This document shows positions 1 through 7,808 of a stretch of 32,000 nt of DNA, one piece after another (position 1 is the first letter of the stretch; each line of letters begins with the position of its first letter). Below the pieces are notes generated by a model. The model saw only the letters and a list, made by a program, of their open reading frames with translations, had not been told where the DNA came from and searched no databases. Both the position numbers and the translations under genes were made by a program. Source of the stretch: Copranaerobaculum intestinale (lineage in GTDB: Bacteria; Bacillota_I; Bacilli_A; Erysipelotrichales; Erysipelotrichaceae); the NCBI RefSeq assembly GCF_009831105.1, contig NZ_WUUQ01000001.1:930001-962000 (forward strand), read 5' to 3'.

Positions 1-1440
1 GAGGAATTCAATCGCTTCTCCACATCCTCTTTAATCACCCGTACGACCAATGATGTACAGCAGGTACAGATGGTCATGGTCATGTTTTTAAGAATCGTCG
101 TTTATGCACCGATCATCGGGTTTGGAGCAGTTCTTCATGTCATCAGCTCCGGCGCGTCAATGACCTGGATCATTGCGATGTGTGTCATCATCCTGCTTGG
201 TATCATCGGCATTTTGATGATGCTGGCGATGCCGAAGTTTAAGATCTCGCAGAAGCTGATTGATAAAATCAACGGTGTTACCAGAGAATTCTTAGACGGC
301 ATGCCGGTTGTCCGCGCCTTTAATAACCAGAAAAACGAAGAAGAAAAGTTTGATGATGTCAATCAGCGTATCTTGAAAAATCAGCTGTTTATCAATCGTA
401 CGATGTCCTGTATGATGCCGGCGATGACGTTGGTCATGAACGGTGCTTCCCTGCTGATTATCTGGGTCGGCGGACATCAGATCGAAAGCGGAAGCATCCA
501 GGTCGGCGATATGATGGCTTTTATGCAGTATTCCATGCAGATTATCATGGCCTTCTTAATGATCGCGATGGTTGCGGTCATGCTGCCGCGTGCGAGTGTT
601 TCCGGAAAGCGTGTGCTGGAGGTGCTGTCAACAGACTTCTGTATCCATGATCCGCAGGAACCGAAGCATTTCAATGATGAGCAGAAGGGCTATATCGACT
701 TTCAGCATGTCAGTTTCCGCTATCCGGGAGCTGAAGAAGATGTGCTTCACGATATCAACTTTACGGCTAAGCCGGGGGAAACAACCGCCTTTATCGGAAG
801 TACCGGCAGCGGTAAATCAACTGTGATTAATCTAGTACCGCGTTTCTTCGATGTCACTGAGGGTGCAATTCTGGTCGATGGCGTAGACATCCGTGATGTC
901 ACCCAGCATGAGCTGCGTGAAAAAATCGGCTATGTACCGCAGAAGGGCGTACTCTTCACCGGTGATATCGCCAGCAATCTGCGGTATGCAAAGGCAGATG
1001 CTACGGATGAAGAGCTGCGTATTGCCTCGGATATCGCACAGGCTACTGAATTTATTGATTCGAAGCCGGAGGGATATGCGACCTTGATTGCTCAAGGCGG
1101 TACAAACGTATCAGGCGGACAGAAACAGCGTCTGTCGATTGCTCGAGCCCTGGTAAAACAGCCGGAAATCTTTATTTTTGATGATTCCTTCAGTGCGCTT
1201 GACTTCAAGACCGATGCCAAGCTGCGCGGTGAGCTTAATAAGCTGACAAAACAGACCAAAGCAACGGTGCTGTTGGTTGCGCAGCGTATTTCCTCCATTA
1301 TGCATGCAGAACGCATTGTCGTATTGGATAAAGGAATGGTTGCCGGTATCGGAACGCATGAGGAATTAATGAAATCCTGTGAAGTATATCAGGAAATTGC
1401 ATATTCACAGTTGTCAAAGGAGGAACTAGGAAATGAGTAA
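1..1440 (+). CDS. ABC exporter half-transporter (TMD-NBD fusion), 5' end outside the window; carries the degenerate ATP site
   Basis: Frame 1 is open from base 1 (EEFNRFSTSSLITRTTNDVQQVQ precedes the first Met of the ORF track), so the gene starts upstream of the window. A hydrophobic TMD is followed by an NBD with Walker A GSTGSGKST, signature VSGGQKQR, Walker B IFIFDD (Asp in place of the catalytic Glu) and an H-loop Gln (VAQRISS). Its stop overlaps the next start by 8 nt. Confidence 0.9.
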   Translation, partial: EEFNRFSTSSLITRTTNDVQQVQMVMVMFLRIVVYAPIIGFGAVLHVISSGASMTWIIAMCVIILLGIIGILMMLAMPKFKISQKLIDKINGVTREFLDGMPVVRAFNNQKNEEEKFDDVNQRILKNQLFINRTMSCMMPAMTLVMNGASLLIIWVGGHQIESGSIQVGDMMAFMQYSMQIIMAFLMIAMVAVMLPRASVSGKRVLEVLSTDFCIHDPQEPKHFNDEQKGYIDFQHVSFRYPGAEEDVLHDINFTAKPGETTAFIGSTGSGKSTVINLVPRFFDVTEGAILVDGVDIRDVTQHELREKIGYVPQKGVLFTGDIASNLRYAKADATDEELRIASDIAQATEFIDSKPEGYATLIAQGGTNVSGGQKQRLSIARALVKQPEIFIFDDSFSALDFKTDAKLRGELNKLTKQTKATVLLVAQRISSIMHAERIVVLDKGMVAGIGTHEELMKSCEVYQEIAYSQLSKEELGNE

Positions 1441-3298
1441 TGAGAAAACTTCAAGACCTATGGGCCGTCCTGGACATGGACCGATGGGCGGCGGTGGCCG
1501 TCCGGTTGAAAAGGCAAAGGACTTCTCCGGAACCATTAAGAAACTGATTAAATTTATGCGTCCGCATTATGGAAAGATGCTGATCGGTATCATATTTGCC
1601 GCAATCAGTGTTATTCTGATGATCATTGGGCCAAAAATTCTGGCCAAGGCAACCGATGAGCTGGTATCCGGCTTTTTGCGAGTTGTCTATAAAACCGGAA
1701 GCATCGATTTCGAATATATTTTGCAGATCATCGGTATTCTGATCGGTCTTTATCTGGTCAGCTCGGTTCTGCAGTATGTAATGAGTATCATTATGGCTAC
1801 GGCTACGCAGAAAACAGCATATTCACTGCGTAAACAAATTGCGGAAAAGATCGACCGCATGCCGTTCAGCTATTTTGATTCCCGCCCGCATGGAGATGTT
1901 TTATCACGTGTGACCAACGACGTCGATACGCTGCAGATGTCACTTGGTCAATCACTGTCACAGACTGTACAGTCTGCGATTCAGGTAGTCGGTTATCCGA
2001 TTATGATGCTGACAATCAGTTGGCAGATGACGCTGATGGCTTTGTGTGTCATTCCGTTGTCCTTGATCCTGGTTTCATTCATTGTGAAAAAATCCCAGGT
2101 GTACTTTGTAAAGCAGCAGCGCTATCTGGCGGAAGTCAATGGTCACGTTGAAGAAATGTACAGCGGACATATCGTAATGAAAGCCTTCAATGGTGAACAG
2201 AAATCCATCGATGAATTTAAAGTGCATAACAATCACCTGTATGAAACTGCATGGAAGAGTCAGTTTTTATCCGGCATGATGATGCCGATCACGCAGTTTG
2301 TCGGCAATCTTGGTTATGTAGGCGTCTGCCTGCTGGGCGGATGGCTGGCCGCAGCCGGTTCGATTACGGTCGGTGATATTCAGGCATTTATTACCTATGT
2401 ACGAAATTTCAATCAGCCGATCTCACAGCTCGCGCAGGTTATGAATACGCTGCAGTCTGCAGCGGCTGCCGCAGAACGGATCTTTGAGTTTTTGGAAGAA
2501 CCGGAAGAGGTACCGGAAACTACAACTCCGAAACCAATTGTTGATGAATCCGGCAACTCTTTGATCAAGGGAACGGTTTCGTTTGAAAACGTACACTTTG
2601 GTTATAATCCGGATAAGATCGTTATCAATGATTTCTCGATGTATATCAATGCCGGTAAGCGCGTAGCGATCGTCGGCCCTACCGGAGCCGGCAAGACAAC
2701 GATCGTAAAGCTGCTGATGCGCTTTTATGAGCTTAACAGCGGTACGATCTATGTTGACGGCACTGACATCAAGGAATTCAAGCGTGGTGATCTGCGCTCT
2801 CTCTTCGGTATGGTGCTTCAGGACGCGTGGCTGTTCAACGGTACCATTATGGAGAACCTGCGCTACGGCCGTCTTGACGCAACCGATGAAGAAGTAATCG
2901 CAGCCGCTGATGCAGCCTATGTCGATCACTTTATCCGTACGCTGGATCATGGTTATCATACTGAGATCAATGAAGAAAGCTCTAATATTTCTCAGGGTCA
3001 AAAACAGCTTCTGACGATTGCCCGAGCCTTCCTGGCAGATCCGAAGATTCTGATATTGGATGAAGCTACTTCTTCAGTTGATACCCGTACTGAAGTTCTG
3101 ATTCAGAAGGGTATGGATAATTTGATGAAGAACCGCACCTGCTTCATTATCGCGCATCGTTTATCGACGATCCGTGATGCTGATCTGATTCTGGTCATGC
3201 GGGAGGGCGATATCGTTGAAGTCGGTACCCATGATGAGCTGATGGCAGAAAATGGATTCTATACACAGCTGTATAATTCTCAGTTTGAAGAAGAATGA
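1433..3298 (+). CDS. ABC exporter half-transporter (TMD-NBD fusion), consensus-site partner
   Basis: SD AAGGAGGAA (1419-1427) precedes ATG 1433. A 6-TM exporter domain is followed by an NBD with Walker A GPTGAGKTT, non-canonical signature ISQGQKQ, Walker B ILILDEAT and H-loop IAHRLS. Confidence 0.92.
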   Translation: MSNEKTSRPMGRPGHGPMGGGGRPVEKAKDFSGTIKKLIKFMRPHYGKMLIGIIFAAISVILMIIGPKILAKATDELVSGFLRVVYKTGSIDFEYILQIIGILIGLYLVSSVLQYVMSIIMATATQKTAYSLRKQIAEKIDRMPFSYFDSRPHGDVLSRVTNDVDTLQMSLGQSLSQTVQSAIQVVGYPIMMLTISWQMTLMALCVIPLSLILVSFIVKKSQVYFVKQQRYLAEVNGHVEEMYSGHIVMKAFNGEQKSIDEFKVHNNHLYETAWKSQFLSGMMMPITQFVGNLGYVGVCLLGGWLAAAGSITVGDIQAFITYVRNFNQPISQLAQVMNTLQSAAAAAERIFEFLEEPEEVPETTTPKPIVDESGNSLIKGTVSFENVHFGYNPDKIVINDFSMYINAGKRVAIVGPTGAGKTTIVKLLMRFYELNSGTIYVDGTDIKEFKRGDLRSLFGMVLQDAWLFNGTIMENLRYGRLDATDEEVIAAADAAYVDHFIRTLDHGYHTEINEESSNISQGQKQLLTIARAFLADPKILILDEATSSVDTRTEVLIQKGMDNLMKNRTCFIIAHRLSTIRDADLILVMREGDIVEVGTHDELMAENGFYTQLYNSQFEEE

Positions 3299-3328
3299 CG
3301 GAAGAATTTAAATTCTTCCGTTTTTTTA
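3299..3328 (+). terminator. Rho-independent terminator of the ABC exporter operon
   Basis: Stem cggaagaatt/aattcttccg (3299-3320) is followed by a T7 run, immediately after TGA 3296-3298. Confidence 0.8.
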
Positions 3329-3416
3329 TAAGCAATCGACCGGCGCTTGTAAAAAAAGATCGAATCTGATATTCTTGTTTTATACGTTTGAAGGACGAGA
3401 AGCGGAGTGATCAGCA

Positions 3417-4322
3417 ATGAAAGTGAAAAAAGGATCATCTTTCTATGAGGATGAAACTACAAAGGCGGTCGAATTGTTAACTGATCAAAAAATGCAGGTT
3501 GTCTATTATGCGGTTGAGGCAGATCATCGGATTGTGCTTACCCCAAATGATTACAGCGTTACCACGATGTTTTACATACTGTCTGGCTCATTCAAGGTAC
3601 AAGATCAAAAAGGGACAAGAAATTATCAGGCAAATGATGTTTTCTTATTTGTAGATCCAACCCAGAGCGTGGAATTTCACGCCAGTGAATTTTCCCGCGT
3701 GCTGGCGGTTACCAGTGAACATAATCAAAGTGTCGCTGCGGCAGGTGAATATGGAGAATTGATCAAAAAGGTAGAGGAAAAAGATAAGTATACATACGGA
3801 CACAGCAACCGCGTAAGCGCTTATGCCATGTCGCTCGCGCTGTCTTATGATGCCGGTTATAATATTGTTGATTTAGGGACGGCAGCGGCCCTGCATGATT
3901 TAGGTAAGGTTTATACCCCAAAGGAAATCCTGCAAAAGCCGGGAAAATTGACAAAAGAAGAATTTGAAATAATCAAAAATCACCCAGCGGATACATATCG
4001 GCTGCTGGTTGAAACGACAAGCGTGAAAATTGCGGAAGCTGCTGCTCAGCACCATGAGCGGCTGGACGGAAGCGGTTATCCCAAAGGCCTTAAGGGTGAA
4101 GCAATTAGTATGGACGCACGGATTATTGCTGTTGCGGATGTCTTTGATGCCATGACCTGTCGGCGTACTTATAATGAACCTCAGCCGATGATGGATGTGG
4201 TTGCCTATTTGGAAGGCCAGCCGGAAAAATACGATGCGAGGATTGTCGCCATTTTGAAGCGACGGGTCGAGGACGGTTCAGCGGCGCGAATCATGAAAAA
4301 TTACTCCGCGATAGAAAATTGA
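3417..4322 (+). CDS. HD-GYP domain protein (putative c-di-GMP phosphodiesterase) with a cupin-like N-terminal domain
   Basis: HDLGKV and HHERLDGSGYPKGL motifs define the HD-GYP subfamily. The first ~115 aa are beta-rich with a cupin-like pattern (FYILSGSFKV...NDVFLF...SRVLAV). SD GGAGTGA lies upstream of the ATG. Confidence 0.85.
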   Translation: MKVKKGSSFYEDETTKAVELLTDQKMQVVYYAVEADHRIVLTPNDYSVTTMFYILSGSFKVQDQKGTRNYQANDVFLFVDPTQSVEFHASEFSRVLAVTSEHNQSVAAAGEYGELIKKVEEKDKYTYGHSNRVSAYAMSLALSYDAGYNIVDLGTAAALHDLGKVYTPKEILQKPGKLTKEEFEIIKNHPADTYRLLVETTSVKIAEAAAQHHERLDGSGYPKGLKGEAISMDARIIAVADVFDAMTCRRTYNEPQPMMDVVAYLEGQPEKYDARIVAILKRRVEDGSAARIMKNYSAIEN

Positions 4323-4330
4323 ACCAATAT

Positions 4331-4364
4331 AAAAGGATGCACTTTACTGAAGTGCATCCTTTTA
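4331..4364. terminator. Bidirectional rho-independent terminator between convergent genes
   Basis: Stem aaggatgcact/agtgcatcctt has an A-run on the left and a T-rich tract on the right. It sits between the stop at 4322 (+) and the stop at 4368 (-). Confidence 0.75.
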
Positions 4365-4367
4365 TCT

Positions 4368-6011
4368 TTATTGCAGAGTACGGAATCGCTTTTCTGCCAG
4401 TTTATCAGCAGCTTTATACAAAATGGGAATGAGTACGATCACAATGATCAGAATTAAGATACTGTACATCGTCCAATAATCAGAGTCCAGTTTAAACATC
4501 AGGAAAATCATGCCCACAGGCAGAGCCATACCGACCAACAGCGGAATCATACTGTTGATGTTCTGCTTAACGGCAGCCGCTTCCTGTTCCCAAACCAATT
4601 TGGGATGAATGATATCAATGAGAATACCGATCAAATTGCCCATGAGGTTTGCGGCTGCGGAAGTGATTATGATGATGGCTCCATATAATAGCGGCAGCTT
4701 GAGCAGCACTGCGGCCGGAATCAGCAAAATTAGAATGCCGATCTCCGAGAACAGGAAGCCGACTAGGGTCTTGGCTTTAATCTGATCAATGTAAGACACC
4801 GGAATATATTTCATAAAATTAAAATTCTGTCCTTCGCGGGAAATCGCGGTAGAGGAAATCATATTCATATTGGAATACAGAATTCCCAGCGCACAGCCGA
4901 TCAGGATCATCGCAAAGATCCATTCCCGGCTGAATGGGATCGATGGAATCTGAGACAGCAAATCAAGGGAGCCCTGAGAGACAAAAGAGATCAACAGGAT
5001 GATCGGCATCAAAAACATGATGCTGACACAGTTCAGGAAATAGATCGGCGTACGTACCAACAAACGGATTTCTTTCATCATATAGGAATAAATAACGGAT
5101 TTCTTAGCGCTCTGTTTGGTAAGCGCTTTTTCACTGAAGCGCTTGCGGGAGCTCTTCGATTCGCTGATGCCGATTGCCCCTTTGAAGTACAGCCGCTTTG
5201 CAAAACCGAGGAAGATTGCCAGTGCCGCCAAAACCATTGCCAAATAAATGAGCAGCTGCAGAATGTCACCATCGATACAAGCTAAGGCTGCATATGAAAT
5301 ATTCGGGAAGACATAGGAGAACACGGCAATCAGCGAATTCTGCCCCTGCATCAGCATACTGGTCATCTGCGTTACATCGGCGAAGTTCAGCTGCTGAATA
5401 AACATGCTGAAGCCTACACCGACAATTACACCAAGAAAGCCGCTGACCAAATTGAATTTATCACGGTCTTTAAAGAACGGAATAAATCGCATGATCAGCA
5501 TCGTAATAAGGGAAGAATACACCAGCGGCAGGATCGGCAGGGTCAAAAAGACGAGGATGAACGCGATCAGAAACATCGGTGAGCCATAACCCAGAGTAAA
5601 GAAGGCATAAACAGCCGGAATTGTCAAAAAGGCCTCAAAGATATATTCATAAAGCAAGCAGACGGTAAATTTAGAAGCGAGAATCGTTGCCGGCTTTAAT
5701 GGCAGATATAACAAGTTTTGAATATCCCGGGAGAAATAAAAGACACCGGGAATCATAAAAAGAGAAAAGAAGAAGGTAATGAAAGCACTCAGATAGAGGC
5801 TGAGAGCGAGGACACTGCCGCTTTGCTGAATGGGAGCATACGCTTGAATCATCAATTCATAAAACTTGTATAGCGGCACCAGCAGCGGGATGAAGCAGAC
5901 CGCCAGTAAAATAAAAATCAGAACGGTCCAGCTTTTTCGTGCCTTTCCATCGCTCAGCGTGCCGGTACTGTTTTTTAATAATACCTTGGTCAAAGCGATA
6001 TAATTACGCAT
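4368..6011 (-). CDS. ABC transporter permease, roughly 12 TM, internally duplicated (ABC-2 / putative ABC exporter type)
   Basis: The protein is hydrophobic throughout, in two similar halves. Each half has a short conserved stretch after its first helices (NLLYLPLKPATILASKF and NFMKYIPVSYIDQIKAKT). I place the start at ATG 6011 (MRNYIALTK), which overlaps the ATPase stop by 8 nt. The ORF-track start at 6056 lies inside the ATPase gene. Confidence 0.75.
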   Translation of the reverse strand: MRNYIALTKVLLKNSTGTLSDGKARKSWTVLIFILLAVCFIPLLVPLYKFYELMIQAYAPIQQSGSVLALSLYLSAFITFFFSLFMIPGVFYFSRDIQNLLYLPLKPATILASKFTVCLLYEYIFEAFLTIPAVYAFFTLGYGSPMFLIAFILVFLTLPILPLVYSSLITMLIMRFIPFFKDRDKFNLVSGFLGVIVGVGFSMFIQQLNFADVTQMTSMLMQGQNSLIAVFSYVFPNISYAALACIDGDILQLLIYLAMVLAALAIFLGFAKRLYFKGAIGISESKSSRKRFSEKALTKQSAKKSVIYSYMMKEIRLLVRTPIYFLNCVSIMFLMPIILLISFVSQGSLDLLSQIPSIPFSREWIFAMILIGCALGILYSNMNMISSTAISREGQNFNFMKYIPVSYIDQIKAKTLVGFLFSEIGILILLIPAAVLLKLPLLYGAIIIITSAAANLMGNLIGILIDIIHPKLVWEQEAAAVKQNINSMIPLLVGMALPVGMIFLMFKLDSDYWTMYSILILIIVIVLIPILYKAADKLAEKRFRTLQ

Positions 6012-6729
6012 GGCTGATAACCTCCAGGAAGATGTCTTCCAAGGAATTAAGCTCACTGTGAGCAGCCTTTAAATCCTCCAGCGTTCCGAAATAGATTATC
6101 TTGCCTTTATTAATGATAGCAACTTTATCACAAAGCCGTTCCGCAACTTCTAAGACATGGGTCGAAAAGAAGACGGTGTTGCCGCGGCTGGCGTGTTCCC
6201 GCATCATTTCTTTTAAGGAGTAGGCGCTCTGGGGATCAAGGCCGGTCAGCGGCTCATCCAGAATCCATACGTTAGGATCGGTGATCAATACACCCATGAT
6301 GACAATTTTCTGCCGCATGCCGTGAGAATAACTCAGAATTTTATCCTGCAGAGCAGATTCCATTTCAAATGTCTTGGAAAGCTGCTCGATCCGCTTTTTG
6401 CGTACAGCTCCATCCACCTGGTAAATGTCGGCGATGAAATTCAGATACTCAATGCCCTTCAGCCGTAAGAAAATATCCGCATTATCCGGAACCAGACCAA
6501 ATTCACGCTTTGCTTCCAACGGTTCCTTGACAATGTTTTTCCCATTGATTAGTATTTCTCCCTCATCCGGCGCCAGCACTCCGGTGATCATTTTGATCGT
6601 AGTGGTTTTGCCGGCTCCGTTAGGTCCGATGAATCCAATAATTTCACCGGTGGGCAGTGTGATATCGATATCATCCACCGCCTTTGTGGTACCGCCGTAA
6701 ATCTTTGTTACATGTTTAATTTCAATCAT
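6004..6729 (-). CDS. ABC transporter ATP-binding protein
   Basis: Walker A GPNGAGKTT, signature-region YSHGMRQK, Walker B VWILDEPLTGLD, H-loop FFSTHVLE. SD GGAG lies 8 nt upstream, and the ATG overlaps the upstream stop (ATGA). Confidence 0.92.
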   Translation of the reverse strand: MIEIKHVTKIYGGTTKAVDDIDITLPTGEIIGFIGPNGAGKTTTIKMITGVLAPDEGEILINGKNIVKEPLEAKREFGLVPDNADIFLRLKGIEYLNFIADIYQVDGAVRKKRIEQLSKTFEMESALQDKILSYSHGMRQKIVIMGVLITDPNVWILDEPLTGLDPQSAYSLKEMMREHASRGNTVFFSTHVLEVAERLCDKVAIINKGKIIYFGTLEDLKAAHSELNSLEDIFLEVISHA

Positions 6730-7373
6730 ATTTTTTCTCCTTTATCAATTTCCTGATATTTTAAATAGGCATAAATCATAGGTATAAAAGACATCATCAG
6801 TACGACAGTGATCAAATAGAGGAAACTGATCATCGGCGGTAAAAATGCTCCGGCTATGATCAGCAGACCGCCGATCATCCAAACTTTTCCGGCAAAGCGA
6901 TGCGTCAAAAACCAAACCTGTTCACTTGCCAGCGTCCAAGGACAGCGAATCCCGATGAAATAATTCCATCGAAACTTCGGCATGACATTGCCGATCCAGC
7001 TTACCAGCAGTCCTACTGCCAAGGTAATGATCATCGGTACATCCAGGGAATTCGGGTAGTAGGCGGAATACATCGTAATTGCAAACATCATGGATATAAA
7101 CAAAGCAAAAACATTGATAAATGCATCGTACGATTTTTGAAATTTCGCATAATTCGCTTTGTGCGGATCAAGGTGGGGAAGAAAGGCCATAACGGCTGAC
7201 AAAATCGCAGTCATCAATGGTATGGCAAATATATAAATCTTATCACAGTAGCCGTCAATTTGACCATGTATGTTAAAATGAATGGGGATTTTTGACGGCA
7301 GACTTGGGTATGTCAACGCCCCAGCCCCCAGCATTAGTATACATAATGTGATGATAAACCAATATTTTTTCAT
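6726..7373 (-). CDS. SdpI/YhfL-family membrane protein (DUF1648 N-terminus plus SdpI domain)
   Basis: N-terminus LPSKIPIHFNIHGQIDGY and core GNVMPKFRWNYFIGIRCPWTLASEQVWFLTHRFAGK match the SdpI immunity/signalling family signature. ATG 7373 (MKKYW) has an ideal SD, AGAGGTGA, 5 nt upstream. The GTG at 7382 is an alternative start. Confidence 0.8.
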   Translation of the reverse strand: MKKYWFIITLCILMLGAGALTYPSLPSKIPIHFNIHGQIDGYCDKIYIFAIPLMTAILSAVMAFLPHLDPHKANYAKFQKSYDAFINVFALFISMMFAITMYSAYYPNSLDVPMIITLAVGLLVSWIGNVMPKFRWNYFIGIRCPWTLASEQVWFLTHRFAGKVWMIGGLLIIAGAFLPPMISFLYLITVVLMMSFIPMIYAYLKYQEIDKGEKI

Positions 7374-7378
7374 TAAAA

Positions 7379-7639
7379 TCACCTCTTAAAGGAACGAAAC
7401 CAGCCGATCATGTCTTCCATAACCGTCATATTCAGTTCGTAGTAGATATATTTTCCGACATGCTCATCCATTACCAAACCAGCTTTTTTCAAAATATTCA
7501 AATGGTGTGAAATGGTTGCGTCACTGCTGGAGAAGTGTGCGGATATCTCACCGGCGCTGAGCTTTCCGTGTTTCAGCAGTTCAACGATTTCCCGTCGGGT
7601 CGGATCCGACAATGCTTTAAAGGTCTCCTGAAAACTCAT
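7379..7639 (-). CDS. ArsR/SmtB-family transcriptional regulator, Cys-free (SdpR-like)
   Basis: Winged-helix signature FKALSDPTRREIVELL...SAGEISAHF...ATISHHLNILKKAGLV. There is no cysteine anywhere, so it is unlikely to be a thiolate metal sensor. ATG 7639 (MSFQETF) is preceded by SD AAAGGAGGAG. The ORF-track start at 7654 would include that SD. Confidence 0.88.
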   Translation of the reverse strand: MSFQETFKALSDPTRREIVELLKHGKLSAGEISAHFSSSDATISHHLNILKKAGLVMDEHVGKYIYYELNMTVMEDMIGWFRSFKR

Positions 7640-7675
7640 GACTCCTCCTTTCATTTCGATATCTATCTAAATGTC

Positions 7676-7703
7676 ATTATAAACCTTCACCAAAGCTTGT
7701 CAA
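7676..7703 (-). promoter_or_regulatory. Consensus sigma-A promoter of the arsR-sdpI-ABC operon
   Basis: On the minus strand, TTGACA (7703-7698), a 16-nt spacer and TATAAT (7681-7676) lie about 35 nt upstream of ATG 7639. Confidence 0.6.
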
Positions 7704-7731
7704 TATCATTTTGATGACAATCGAAATGATA
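7704..7731. promoter_or_regulatory. 12-4-12 imperfect palindrome (TATCATTTTGAT gaca ATCGAAATGATA), candidate ArsR-family operator
   Basis: 11 of 12 arm positions are complementary and the palindrome directly abuts the -35 box. A third copy of the half-site, TCATTTCGAT, lies at 7651-7660 in the 5' UTR. Confidence 0.4.
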
Positions 7732-7779
7732 AGGCTTACGGCTTTCTTAAAAAATTGTTGTTTGCTTTCTTCATATGTG

Positions 7780-7788
7780 TGATAAAAT
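7780..7788 (+). promoter_or_regulatory. Extended -10 promoter element (TGaTAAAAT) for srtB
   Basis: TG-n-TAAAAT lies about 20 nt upstream of ATG 7809. There is no strong -35. Confidence 0.35.
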
Positions 7789-7808
7789 GATATTTGGAAG
7801 GTGAACTT

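Noticed and set aside
2423-3001. 192-aa minus-strand ORF inside the second ABC exporter gene. The same applies to the small antisense ORFs at 135-1359, 6425-7199, 7950-8294, 14426-14665 and 15334-15660.
   Set aside because: They are antisense to well-supported genes and have no independent signals.
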